Assembly: GCF_964188315.1 (NCBI RefSeq)
Contig: NC_135657.1
Span: 70,556,001-70,620,000, forward strand
Length of the DNA: 64,000 bases
Source of the DNA: Podarcis muralis
Taxonomy: Eukaryota
Reading direction: 5' to 3'
A model generated the notes under the pieces. That model did not search any database. It was given only the letters and a program-made list of their open reading frames with translations, and was not told the DNA's origin. The position numbers and the translations under genes were made by a program. This document shows positions 46,614 to 58,299 of this stretch, piece by piece. Numbering within the stretch: the first letter of the stretch is position 1; each line of letters starts with the position of its first letter.

Positions 46614-49600
46614 TAGCTGGAATTGAGTACAAATGTGTCCAACCCCACTGTAAAACACCAGAATGGAGTGGAGTGTACCCAAAACAGCCCAGTGAGGCTT
46701 GAGCATGCTCAGTGGGCACAGCATTCATTATGTACTTTGACGAGATTACGTAAGGCACTTCATTCCCAGTGAAATGTGTGCCTTTTAGTGACATTTTAAG
46801 CTCTTACTTGCTGTGTTTGGCCTCAGAAAATGTGCTTATAAATGAGATACATAATGGAGTTTGTTGACTTTTACTTTTGTTTTTTTGCTTTGCACAAAGT
46901 CCACACTATTCTATGACTTTCCTGGCTTCATGTATTTTGAGGATTAATTTATTCATGTGGTATAGGAGCCAGCTCAGTACAGGGGAACCATTTTTTTTAA
47001 AGCTTTTCTTTCTGGGCAACCTTCTGGGGGCCACATGATGGAAGTGAATGGGGTCAGAGGCAAAGGGGTCAGAGTGACGAATGCACATTTTATCTTTGTT
47101 TCAGTAGGCTAGTTTCTATATGCACTCACACACCCCTCTCTATCCTCTAACCAAAGGCGTGATCAGGGCTCAAGGACACATTCCAGCCAGGCAAAAACAC
47201 TCAAGGAGGGTGTGGGGCAGGACGGGAGATGGGGTGTAGCCTAGACAGAGTTCTGATGGCCAAACAGGGAGACCGGGAGGGTTGCATTCAGTTCCTGAGC
47301 CAAAGTTTGCCCACTCCTGTCCTAACGGGATGGTAAATACTAGAGCACCGCAGATCCATTCCACAAATGATTGCTCTGCACAGTCATCTCAAATAGGTTT
47401 GTTGTTGACACACTTCTTTACACATTTCTGAAAGCACCTCGGGAGGGGACTGGAATTGTCCTTTCATGACATCCAGTAGTGCACAAAGCAGCAAGTGTTG
47501 TGGAAAGTTTGGGCTGTGTAGCCTTGCAAACTTTCCATACATTTCTGGCAGTTCTGTAACCCAAAAGAAGAAATGTCCAGCTATTTATACTTGGTTGTTG
47601 GCTTGTGGAAAGAAGTGCCTTCTTCTTAAAGTTGTTGAACACAGTAGGTATCACTTGTGGCATTATTACTGGGACTCTCCTCCCCCTGAACACACCCCTC
47701 AGATGCGTGCTGCCCAACAGTTGCCTTTTTGTCTGTGAATAAGCAGTTTCCTAGTGAAGGTATTTGGAAGGACAGGAAAAGTACCAAAATAATTTTGGTG
47801 CCATAAATCCTGTGGGATGCTCTGAGGTTTCCAGATTAGAAGGGGAAATGCAACATCTTGCTATGGTATTTTTGCACTTCTCCTTTTCTTGCCCCATATA
47901 CTTTAGTCTGTAATGGTTTTATTGATCGATGGGCATTTTTATTGGGGTTGTTTTGCTGTTATTTCTGAAATTTCTTCAATAACCTGTCGTTCATTTATTT
48001 TGGGAGATCCAGCCACAGGTTTAGAGCCTAAGATTAGCTAACTTGAGGAAGGTCATGGAAGGAAAGTTTTCTGTTCTCATCCCCACCCCCATCTCATAAA
48101 GCCTCTCTGGAGAGTTTGAGGCCTCCAGAATAATGTGGGATGAGGTTGCTTCTGGGAGGCCCCATAGGCACTGTGGCTAACTTCTGGATTTGAAGATAGG
48201 CCAGAAGGGTCTTTCCTGTTCCTACCACTCCTCCAGCCATTGCTTCTCTGCATCTTTGTTTCAGCTGTGACACTGGGTGGCAGTGATAAATGAAGATTTC
48301 CCTCAGTGCTCCTTCACATACAATTTCTTCAGTACATTTCATTCAGAGCCCTGCTTCAGCTCGGGTCCTGTGTGCTTCTGGTTTCCATAAGTCGAGTTTC
48401 TCTCGACTTCCCTTTTGGAAGTGTTGCAATAAATGGACATGAAGCCAGTTTTGGAATACCTTTGTGTGGCTTTTGCCCGATGTTGGCAGTAATTTGGGTT
48501 TGTGAACAGAAGCTCTTCATCCTTTGCACTCACAGTAGGCCTGGTATGTTGAGGGTGTTGTGTACAAGACTTGCTGGGTTTGGGGAATAGGTAAATTACC
48601 TAGTTATTCATGCTAGTAAGTTATAAATGTTGAGATACCATACTGATATAAGGACTCTTGATGAAAGCAAATTTGTATTTATTTGTTTTGATGAGAGCTG
48701 TATGCATGATATATGGAAAGTCAGTGGAATAAAACTTGCATAAGGAACTTTACACATACCCCCCCCCCAAAAAAAAGATGAATATGGTTCTACAGGGCAG
48801 AAAATATAAGAAAAAAATCAAGACCAACGGTTAGGAAAAATAATCAAAGTGGGGATAGATGTCTCTCAACAAAATAAATGCCTTCTTTTATAAAAGTATA
48901 TACTCATCCAAGGTTGTTGCCTAAGATGCATTTCAGTAAGCTTACTGTTTTTGACTAGTGAAAGAAATCTATAGGTAACAGAAAAAATAGTCATAACAAT
49001 AATTAGACATGTCACAGTCAGTCAACAAACGATAGTAACTAAAGTGCTAGCACTGGAAATGCTCAGAAAAAGGTAATATAAAGAACAGCCTAAAGCAAAG
49101 GTGAGGTGCTGTTCCTTGAAACTGGGCTGTAACTCTGGACTCAGCTATACAGCTGCAAATAAAAGATTTTAAGTGTGTTTTAAGTGCAATATACAATGTG
49201 ACACTAGATGGTGATGGTGAGCCTTATGGAAAATTCAATGTATTTTTTTAAAAAAAAGCTTTAAAAAAAGCATTTTCAAAATGGGTTTTATATGTGTGTA
49301 GATTCCACCTCATACCACAGTAAGTGTGTGCTGAATCCTTTATTCCATCTGTGGAGACCATTCTCAAGAAAGGGGAACTTCTTGGAGAGACGCTCCTTCC
49401 CCGCCTCAGATTGTGCAATTTCCGGGATTAAGGTTTTTTCCATGTTGACGCCCCAGGTTGATTTTCATCCATCCCCACCCCTGACCTGTTGTTAATATAG
49501 AAACAGCAGAAAGCCATTTTGAAATCCAAATATGCAAAAAGGACAAGATTTATTTATGGTCTATAAACTGGATTGGCTAAAATCGGTGTCATTTTTGCCA

Positions 49601-49883
49601 GTTGTCTCACTAAAATGTAGATTTTAATCCTTCAACTGCAGATTGCAAAACACTTTGGACCCCGATCCTGTGTCTATGTTCCTTACACAAGACAAACCAG
49701 ATCCATGTGCATATTGTTTATCTTAATAGAACTGTGTTTTCTTCTATCAATTCACTGGGACAAAGTTGAGTTTTTAAAACCATTTCTTTGAGTTTAAAAA
49801 TGCAACCCTTTTTATAACATCAGGATATATATTTCAAAGAATGGTGAATATAATGATAATTAATTATTTGTTTTCCTTTTCAG

Positions 49884-50360
49884 ATATCAGGCATGGGTTT
49901 ATTTTGCATCTGTTTTTCAATCTATTTCTTGTGGCATCCACTACTTAGCTTCTGTCTTCTTGGCTGTTACACCAAAGTTCATATGCAGTGTCCCTGGAAA
50001 CGTGAGTAGTGTTCTGATTTGTAATTCATCTACTTCAAGAATAGAGGATGCCTGGGCACTCTGGACATCAGCACAACACTACATCTTGGTCCAGCTGGAA
50101 AATGGAGATGTTTGGGAACTTAATCAGTGCAGCAGGTCCAAACGAGAGGACACTTCAAATTTTACTTACGAATACAGTGGTAACAAGACGGATGTTCCAT
50201 GCACTGATGGATTCATCTATGACCAGACCAAATGGCAGAGCACCATCGTGACAGAGTGGGATTTGGTCTGTCAGCGGGAATGGCTTGCAAAACTCACACA
50301 GCCCACATTCATGTTGGGAGTCCTTTTTGGAGCTGTGATCTTTGGAGATATTGCTGACAG
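49884..50360 (+). CDS. SLC22A16: SLC22A16 coding exon 2 (TM1 and large extracellular loop)
   Basis: TTTTCCTTTTCAG acceptor; YQAWVYFASVFQSISCGIHYLASVF...IVTEWDLVCQREWLAKL...GDIADR; GTACAG donor; 477 nt, phases 2/2. Confidence 0.97.
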
Positions 50361-51086
50361 GTACAGTAGTACTGAACTAGCTTGGTGACTTGGGTTCAAA
50401 TCCCCATCCACCAAAAAAAAAAAAAAGCCCTCCTGACACGGTTTGGTTTGTTAGACGCAACAGGAGAGCGCAGAAGGATGCCATCAAAATATATCATTCT
50501 AGATTTCTCAAGCAAGTTTCTGCTTGCAGTAGAAAGCACAGAGCTGAGAGATGTAGAATAAAATTCCTATTCAATCAAGTTAACAGTCAGAGGCTGAGCT
50601 TGAACAAGGCATGTTAACTGAGTATTTTCAAGAGGAAATGTAGGTGACTTGCAAGCTCAAGCAATGTTGGTGTCCTGTTCTCTTTCCACCCTCTCTGATG
50701 CCCTAGTCAAAAGACAAGAAAAGTAGTTACTCAGCCAGAGGCACATAGCTCCACTGCATTTTTTGGATCACTTTTATTAACTTGGGAGGGAGGCCCTGCT
50801 TATGTGTTATCCATGGAAATGTATTTTGAGCATAAAAAATGGAAAGGTAATCCTATTCATGTGTACTCAGAATTGTAGCCTAAGGGAACCTAAGATGTAG
50901 GTGGAATGCAGCTGCCACGTAGGCTAGAGAAATTACAGTAACTCCACCACACACTTCAGTATCCTTGTTGAGGAAATGCAACACACAATATAATGCAGAC
51001 ATACTCCAGCCCCTTAGCATCACTGTAGGTGGACTTCAGATGGCCCTACAGAATGCTGAGAATGGGCAGCAAGCAACGAGGCTTGT

Positions 51087-51087
<1 letters not shown>

Positions 51088-51120
<33 letters not shown>
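51088..51120 (+). repeat. (TCA)11 microsatellite, likely the tail of a minus-strand retroposon remnant
   Basis: Perfect run followed by TTTCATTTGTACGCTGCCTTTCC, resembling an inverted L2/SINE 3' end. Confidence 0.9.
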
Positions 51121-51121
<1 letters not shown>

Positions 51122-51803
51122 TTCATTTGTACGCTGCCTTTCCATAGTTAAAAGTATGTAGTCTGCCTGTGACCTCAGAACACTTAAACTTCTAGCCAAA
51201 GTCAAGCATTTAAAAAAAATTCTTAAACTTAAGTGGGAGTTAAATTAAGCATTCTCTCATGCTGAACTCAATAGGACATAGAAGTGTGTAGCTTTGGCTG
51301 GCTGGAGGTGTGTGTCTGTAGATTTTTTATTTTGCAAGGAAGGAATGTAGCCTACTGCACAAAGGCAAGAGTCACATCTGTTGCTCCACCTACTTTTGCC
51401 TCTGGCCCCTGGAAGTTTGCTTATGACAGGATGTTGCCCTCATGCTCTATACAGTTACTCCATCCAAAGATAAAGTAATAGCAGCTGCCCTTTAAAAAGC
51501 CATTAGCTAAAATGCAATCTCTGAAAATGAGCTTTGAAGCTCATTTTGAGTTGATGAAATGAAGATAATTTTGTTTTTAAAAAGAGATTAATAAAAATCT
51601 ATTACAGAAATATCAAGTCTAAAAATCTAGTAAATAACAAGTGTAAAATCTGCAGTAAGCCATAAACTGCTAGGTACAGCATTTGTGGGGCTTCCTTCTT
51701 TCTCTCTTGTTCTGGTAATGCAAGCCCCAGAGTTAGAAATGCTTTTCTGATGCAGTTTCTGCAATATTTATTTTTATGCTTGTTTTCTTACTGCGTTCCA
51801 CAG

Positions 51804-51921
51804 GATGGGGAGACGGCCAATCATGTGGTTCACCAGCACTGGCCAATTTATATTTGGCATTGCAGTGGCGTTCACATTTGACTACACAAGCTTTGTGATT
51901 GTCCGTTTCCTGCTTGCAATG
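51804..51921 (+). CDS. SLC22A16: SLC22A16 coding exon 3
   Basis: CAG acceptor; (R)MGRRPIMWFTSTGQFIFGIAVAFTFDYTSFVIVRFLLAM; GTAAGA donor; 118 nt. Confidence 0.97.
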
Positions 51922-52349
51922 GTAAGAACCCAAGCTGATTTTTCCAACAAAATAATTTCCATGACTGTTTCGAAGGCTCTTCATTATTAAACCTCTAAAA
52001 GCGTATTCTAACTGCAGTCTCTAAACCAGTTAAGCCAGAGCACTTGGATTGATCTCAGTACGATTTCAGTGACACAAAAATGCTTCTATGAGCTTCTAAA
52101 GTTTCTCCAGGAGTTTGCCTGGCTGCCTCTGAGCATATTGCCTAACCTTGTTTTATATTGACTGCCCTTTAATATATGTAGGCCCAATCCAGCCAAAGCA
52201 AAGCACTTTGAAATATCATTCATTTAAGGTGGAAACATTAAACATGTACCTCTCTCATTTGATCAACAGATCTTAAATACTGAATGTTTTCTTATTTATA
52301 TACAGCCATATACCATATTTCTTTCAAAGAAGCAGGGAAGTGAACTTGG

Positions 52350-52760
52350 GTAATCTTATTTTTCCCCCTGCATAGCTTTGTTGAGATAAGTTAGGCTGAG
52401 AAAGAGAGCGATTGTCCCAAGACTTCTTAGGCCTCATCCACACATCCATTTGTTGCATGATTACTTCTGTTTGCCCCTTGATTTCTAGGCCTGGGTTTGA
52501 GAGGCTTTTCTTTTGTCCTGCCACTTTCCAATACAGCTGAATTGGAATGAACATCAATCCGCAGAAAACCTGATTGACATTTGTTCCGATTCAGCAGTAA
52601 AGCATGGGTTTTCCCAGGGAATGCGGTGGGACAAAAGAAAAATCTCTTGGACTCAGGCCTAGTAATCATGGGACAAACAGAAGTGTGGATGAGCCCATAG
52701 TGAGTTTTCCATTGCTGAGGGGAAATCTGAACCCAGATCACCCTGATCCAATTCATATTG
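52350..52760 (-). mobile_element. MIR/Squam3-like SINE interrupted by a MITE at 52430-52696
   Basis: GTTAGGCTGAGAAAGAGAGCGATTGTCCCAAG on the left continues as GTGAGTTTTCCATTGCTGAGGGGAAATCTGAACCC on the right. Confidence 0.65.
52430..52696. mobile_element. PIF/Harbinger-like MITE
   Basis: 14-bp TIR GGCCTCATCCACAC / GTGTGGATGAGCCC (1 mismatch); flanks TTA / ATA (TWA-like, 1 mismatch). Confidence 0.7.
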
Positions 52761-52968
52761 GCTCCCTTTTTGGCTGGATTATAGCTTACATTTATATCCA
52801 ATACCATTGCTTCGTTTGTTCTTGGATCACCGCTTTCCTCTTTATTGCAGATCGCAGACTTCTTGAAATTCTGAGCCTCTGCAGCATGACCATCTATTTT
52901 TAATTCTTGTTGTAGAGGGAGACTAGACTGAAGCCATTTTCTTTCTCTGTTTTTCCCCCACCTCCCAG

Positions 52969-53515
52969 GTTTCAAGTGGCTATCTGGTTGTAGTGTTTGT
53001 GTATGTGACTGAATATATTGGCATAAAGGCTCGCACGTGGGCATCCATGCACGTCCATGCGTTTTTTGCACTGGGGATTATGGTTGTGGCTCTGGTAGGC
53101 TACTTGGCCCCCACCTGGTGGGTCTACCAGATATGCCTTTCCGTAACAACTCTCCCCTTTGTCTTGTGCTGCTGGATGCTCCCAGAGACACCCTTCTGGC
53201 TGCTCACAGAGGGAAGATACGAAGAAGCACAAAAAGTAATTAATGTAATGGCAAGATGGAATAAAGTAAGCACTCCTTGTAAAATTTCTGAACTGTGTCC
53301 CGTCCAAGATGATCTAGTCAGTAGCAGAACGGGTGATAATGACATTTCTCCCGTGAAGAAGCACAACATCTTAGATCTGTTTCATAACTGGCACATTGCA
53401 AGAAGGACCATTACAGTCTGGCTGATTTGGTTCACTGGGAGTTTAGGATATTATGTGTTCTCCCTCAGTTCCGTGAACCTTGGAGGCAATGAATATTTAA
53501 ATCTATTTCTCATAG
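52969..53515 (+). CDS. SLC22A16: SLC22A16 coding exon 4
   Basis: CCTCCCAG acceptor; VSSGYLVVVFVYVTEYIGIKARTW...LPETPFWLLTEGRYEEA...GGNEYLNLFLI(G); GTAAAT donor; 547 nt. Confidence 0.97.
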
Positions 53516-54665
53516 GTAAATATTGTTTGATGTAACTTACTGTACTTGCAACAGAAATGCAACCAACTTTTTAAAAAATAAATGTCTAGTGATTGTCGCC
53601 ACCACCAGTGAACTTCCAAACTCAGGCCCTGTTCATACACACATGCAAATTATAATGTGAGGGTCATTTCACAGGCAGATGATTTTCAGGGTAATACTGT
53701 CATGTTTCAAGCAGGGCTGTGGTTATGGGAATGGGGACCTGGCCCTCTCAGGGATATTCCAGCTAAATGTTCAGCTTTCATCAAGTCTCTAGCCTTTTTA
53801 CTTTTAGAGATGCAAAGAAACATGTGCAAGGAGCATTGTTGTTCACTAAGATATAATACTGTCAAACTTAAAACATGTTAGGCTATATTCTGCCTGTATG
53901 AATGTTCTGGCTGTTCTGCAAAGCTTCTCTGTCCCTTTAGGCCTCTCACTACAGAATTTCTTACTATGGGATTGGTTTCAAGTGGCTACTATTCGCATGA
54001 ATTATTTGGCTTTCACTTAAGGTTAGTTCACAGCAGTGGTGGCTAACCTGTAGCCCCAGCCTGCATGGCCTATGGCCAGGGATCGTGTGAATTGCAGTTC
54101 AGTAATATCTGAAGGGCTACAGTTTAGCCACTCCTGGTTTACACAAATGTGGTTTAGAAATGCTGGCCAAAAAATGAGAATCAAGTAGGCATGCTTCACC
54201 CACTGTACACATTACCTGGTGTGCTATGAGGATGCAGGTGCATACTTCTGTATGCATGTCCTCAAATCCTTGCACATCCACAAAGAGGGGAAAGAATGCT
54301 GAAATCAAGCGTATGCACATGTACTCTGTGCCACATGTTGAGTTGTGCATGCAGTGCACTGTACTGATGCCTCACTACACATATAAGATTACCTGCTGGA
54401 AATTGCATGATCAGATGCTTGGAGTCAAATGCTTCTGTGCTGTGCAGCAACAACATAGCCTAGAACCAAGTGCAGGGCTCCCAGTGCTGAATCCAGAGAA
54501 CATTTTTGTCTCCTTATTTTGGCAGCGGGAGTTGGCCCCAACATCTGACCAGGAGCCATTGTTACAGCAGCACCAAAACTGTGGAAGAGCTGCTATGCAA
54601 TGCAGAAGTACCATGCAAGGGTTTCCTTCAGGCCTGGCAGGGTACAGGTCTGCCTTCAGCCTAGC

Positions 54666-54916
54666 AGCAGATGACTTGGTGGGGTGGAGATGCTTACCTG
54701 ATCTCTTGGCAGGTGAATTGCAGCTGCTTACTGGGTGGGGAAGAGCTGACGTGGCAGGGAGGGCAGCACAGTGCAAACGCAGCAGCAGGAGCGCCAGGTC
54801 GGCTCTGCCTTTGCGTTGACAGTGCTGCCCTCCCCACCACCTCACCTTTCTTAAGCAGCAGGGACTCACCTGCCAAGAGGTCAAGTCAGCGTCTCTGCCC
54901 TACCATGCCACCTGCT
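54666..54916. repeat. GC-rich fold-back (long inverted repeat) in SLC22A16 intron 4, possibly extending to ~54410-55125
   Basis: Perfect inverted blocks CTCTTGGCAGGTGA (54703-54716 / 54866-54879) and GGGAGGGCAGCAC (54757-54769 / 54822-54834), with further imperfect pairing outward. Confidence 0.8.
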
Positions 54917-55865
54917 ACTGCTATAGCCACTAGGAGAGTATCCTAATAGTCCTCTGGCCATTTAATGCTGTTGCAGACGTTTATGCAGGCAGACAGGAAG
55001 TAGCACTTGGAACCAGAAGGGTTGTGGGAACAGAGGTGGCCAGCCCTCCCTCCCTTGTCTTGCCTAGAAAGGCTGCTGTAGCTGTATGCAGCACAAGTGC
55101 CTGTGTGCCACAGCATCCAAAGCTGTGGATGGGGCTGGGCTGTTCTTTCTCACAAACTAGCATCATCAGTTGACATTTTTGAGGATGTGCGTAAGATAAG
55201 GTGCTAGTATTCCATTTTGTTTAGCAGCAGTGTATTGCCAGTGGATCGATACTGTTACAAAAGTGAATTTTTCTGTAATCGTGAAGACATTTATCAGCTG
55301 CTGACCACTTAAGGCATGGTTCAGCCAAATTGGAGCCGTGCTGCTGATTTCAGTGGGAGACTTAAAACATACACTTAAATCTCTTCCATTTTTATCAGTG
55401 ACATTTCACAGTATTTCAGTTTGATGGGATTGTGCCCATTATTTCAACATATTTAGTGTCAGGATGTTAGTCATATGAACTCCAGTTAACTGGCAGGCCT
55501 AAGGGCCTTTTCACCCTGTGCATGCCTGTGTCACAATAAGTCTTTAAAGTGCCACAGAGCAAAGAACTCTTTTTTTATTTCGGCTTTTTGACATAGTACT
55601 GCACATGGGGAAAGTTGTTTTGTAACAGCCTTTGTTTCTGTAGATCATTTTCCCCAAGTGGCAAGTGTATTTCATATTCAGTACCTTGCAGTATTCTAGG
55701 CCGCCCTGTTGCCATCGCCATATTGCAAATCGGGAGGGCTGAGGCATAAGGGGAGGGGCAGGCTAAGGCCACACTGGAGAGAAAATAAAAATCACGGGAA
55801 GCAGCAGTCTAGCCACGTCTTTATGTATCTAACACATTTTTAAAATGTGAATTATCTGATGCTAG

Positions 55866-55993
55866 GTGCTGTGGAGCTTCCTGCCTATGTCCTGGCTTGC
55901 ATAGGAATGGACAAACTGGGACGAAGGAACACCTTGATCCCATTCCTCATCTCGAGTGCAGTGATCTGTGCTCTAGTCATGGTGATACCTCAG
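55866..55993 (+). CDS. SLC22A16: SLC22A16 coding exon 5
   Basis: TGCTAG acceptor; (G)AVELPAYVLACIGMDKLGRRNTLIPFLISSAVICALVMVIPQ; GTGAGT donor; 128 nt. Confidence 0.96.
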
Positions 55994-57250
55994 GTGAGTC
56001 ACTCACACCTGCATCAGATATATATAAACATGCTGTGGGTTTTGTACTAATGTAGCATCCTGAGCAAGGCAAGAGGATCTCTTCAGGGCATGTGTTGTTT
56101 CCTGTCAGTTTCAGCCATATCTGCATTATATAGCTAAAGCAGTATCACATCGTTTTAAATAGTCCTGGCTTTCCTTGAAGAATCCTGGGAACGGTGGTTT
56201 TTAAAGATGCTGAGGATTGTTGGGAGACGCCTGTTCCACTCACAGCGCTACAGTTCTCAGAGTGGTTTAATAGTCCATTCCTCTTCCGCGGGAACTCTGG
56301 GATTGTAGCTTTGTTAGGGAAAACAGGAGTCTTCTAACATCCTTAACAAACTTCGGTCCCCATGATTGTTGAAAGTCTCATGGTACTTCTTTAAATGTAT
56401 AGTACAGATGGAGTCTAAGGGCAGGGTTCACCTAATGAACCCCACCAGCAGAAGCCCAGTGCAGGGGTTTCTGCCTGTGCAACAGGGTTCCCCCACTCTC
56501 CTTCCCCTGTGCACTCCCCAAAATTGGCTCCTGGGGACTGAGAAAACTCCCAGGATAGCAGAGGATAAGAAAATGGGATATCATTTTATCTGGCAAGCAG
56601 ATACATGTGCACAGGTGGAACATCTGTAACAGTGTGACGTTGAATTCCACCCAAGATTTTTGAATTGCTGCCAGCTTGAATTACTGCATCAGAATGCTAC
56701 GGAAGAATATTGCCCCAGTTCCACCCCCGTTCCATCTCCTCTTGGCAAGTTTTGGGCTACATGAGGCCACATTTGGAAATAGCGGCTCTTGTCAACGTTG
56801 CAGCAATTATGGGACCTTGGGTTGACACAGAGCGTTGTTACTGAAACTAATTGTAGATCATAGCTGATGCCATGGCTTAAAGAAATGGGCCATAAATTCC
56901 AGAAATACTGACAATATTCCATCTGTAAAACTGGTAACTTGCTGATCTAGCAACCTTTTCCAAAATGTGAGTGTTTACATGCTTAGATGGAACTTAAGAA
57001 AGGAAACTGCAGCCTTTGGGCCCACAATAGTAGTCAAAAAATACTGTCCAGTCGTGATTAAGTGCAGAGATGGAATTAATTACTTGGTAAAGGAAACCAA
57101 ACCATTGTCTGAACAGTGCAGTAGGGGTTCCTGAATGTTCACAAAATAGCAAGGCTTTTATGAACTGAGTTCTGGAACATAAGTCCCTCAGTGACCCTCA
57201 GTGAATTCATGCTCCCTATGCTGTTATAAAATTATGTTTCCTCTTAACAG

Positions 57251-57360
57251 GATTACAGTGTTCTCGTTATTGCAGCAAATATGGCTGGAAAGTTTGCAAT
57301 AGGTGTTGCATTCGGCCTTATCTACCTGTATACGGCAGAGCTATATCCAACAGTTGCACG
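57251..57360 (+). CDS. SLC22A16: SLC22A16 coding exon 6
   Basis: CTCTTAACAG acceptor; DYSVLVIAANMAGKFAIGVAFGLIYLYTAELYPTVA(R); GTAAGG donor; 110 nt. Confidence 0.97.
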
Positions 57361-57479
57361 GTAAGGCAAAACTCTTTACCCCTTAAGAATTAGAATTGTA
57401 TCCTGCAGCTTTGCTCTGTGAAAATGTCTTCTGCTTATAACAGTATCAATTGAAATTGGACTTTTTGTTTACTGTTCAG

Positions 57480-57579
57480 GACCCTTGCAGTGGGCAGTGG
57501 GAGCATGATGTGCCGGGTAGGGAGCGTGGTAGCCCCTTTCTGTGTTTACCTGTCAAGTGTTTGGATCTTTATGCCACAG
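57480..57579 (+). CDS. SLC22A16: SLC22A16 coding exon 7
   Basis: TTCAG acceptor; TLAVGSGSMMCRVGSVVAPFCVYLSSVWIFMPQ; GTAAAT donor; 100 nt. Confidence 0.97.
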
Positions 57580-58086
57580 GTAAATGCTTTGTTTTAACAG
57601 CTTCATCAAACTTGACAATGCCAGTAATGTACTAGATGGCCAGGTGTGAGAACAGCCAGTAGTTGAGGCCGGGAACAAACAAATATCAGCACTGCAGCCC
57701 CTTTGAAAATGACTTGAGCATATCCACAATGGACCAGTTCACATATGATGCTAAGCCAAACTAATGCTAAGCTTGAAGTTACAAGCCTGTAGGTACTCAA
57801 AATTAAAACCATGGCCATTTCAGTCCTCCCTGTCATCCTGCTGCTGCCTCATCCACAGCTAAGCTATGGTTTGAATTACAACACTCCTCAGTGGTAGGGC
57901 TCCCCTACTGATGGCAGAGCCAAGCAGAGCTGGGAGGGGGGCTCTATCCAACCCCCTTGAGCACAACTTGGGGGGTTGGGTTGCTCTGCAACTTCATCTG
58001 TCATTGTTAACAATAGTAAATAAAACCTCTTGTTTTGCTTTTCATGCAGTTAGCTTCTCTCCCTTACATGACCTGTTTTCTTTTAG

Positions 58087-58299
58087 CTGATTGTAGGAGT
58101 CATGGCCTTCCTGAGTGGAGTGCTAACTCTGATGCTACCAGAAACACTTGGGAAGCCGTTGACAAATACATGGGCAGAACTCAATGAGCATATGAAAAAA
58201 GACAGTGGCTCAGAAAAGTATCTCCCAGCATCTCAGGATGGTGCAGCACAGGATAAGATTGAGATGCTGAACCAAGAGGCACACGGCACTGATGGATAA
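58087..58299 (+). CDS. SLC22A16: SLC22A16 coding exon 8 (last)
   Basis: TTTTCTTTTAG acceptor; LIVGVMAFLSGVLTLMLPETLGKPLTNTW...HGTDG*; contains the SLC22 LPET motif. Confidence 0.96.
   Translation: MIVGVMAFLSGVLTLMLPETLGKPLTNTWAELNEHMKKDSGSEKYLPASQDGAAQDKIEMLNQEAHGTDG

Noticed and set aside
48094-48342. Walker A-like GVVGTGKTLLA in an 82-aa minus-strand ORF
   Set aside because: No preceding hydrophobic beta-strand, no Walker B and no clear exon boundaries. A few GxxxxGK[ST] matches are expected by chance in six frames of 64 kb. A tBLASTn/HMM hit to an ATPase would overturn this.
52427-53071. 214-aa minus-strand ORF
   Set aside because: Runs through a MITE, a SINE, an intron and the antisense of exon 4; a patchwork with no recognisable family.
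54226-54884. Overlapping 197-aa and 157-aa ORFs in intron 4
   Set aside because: By-product of the GC-rich fold-back repeat; no domain.
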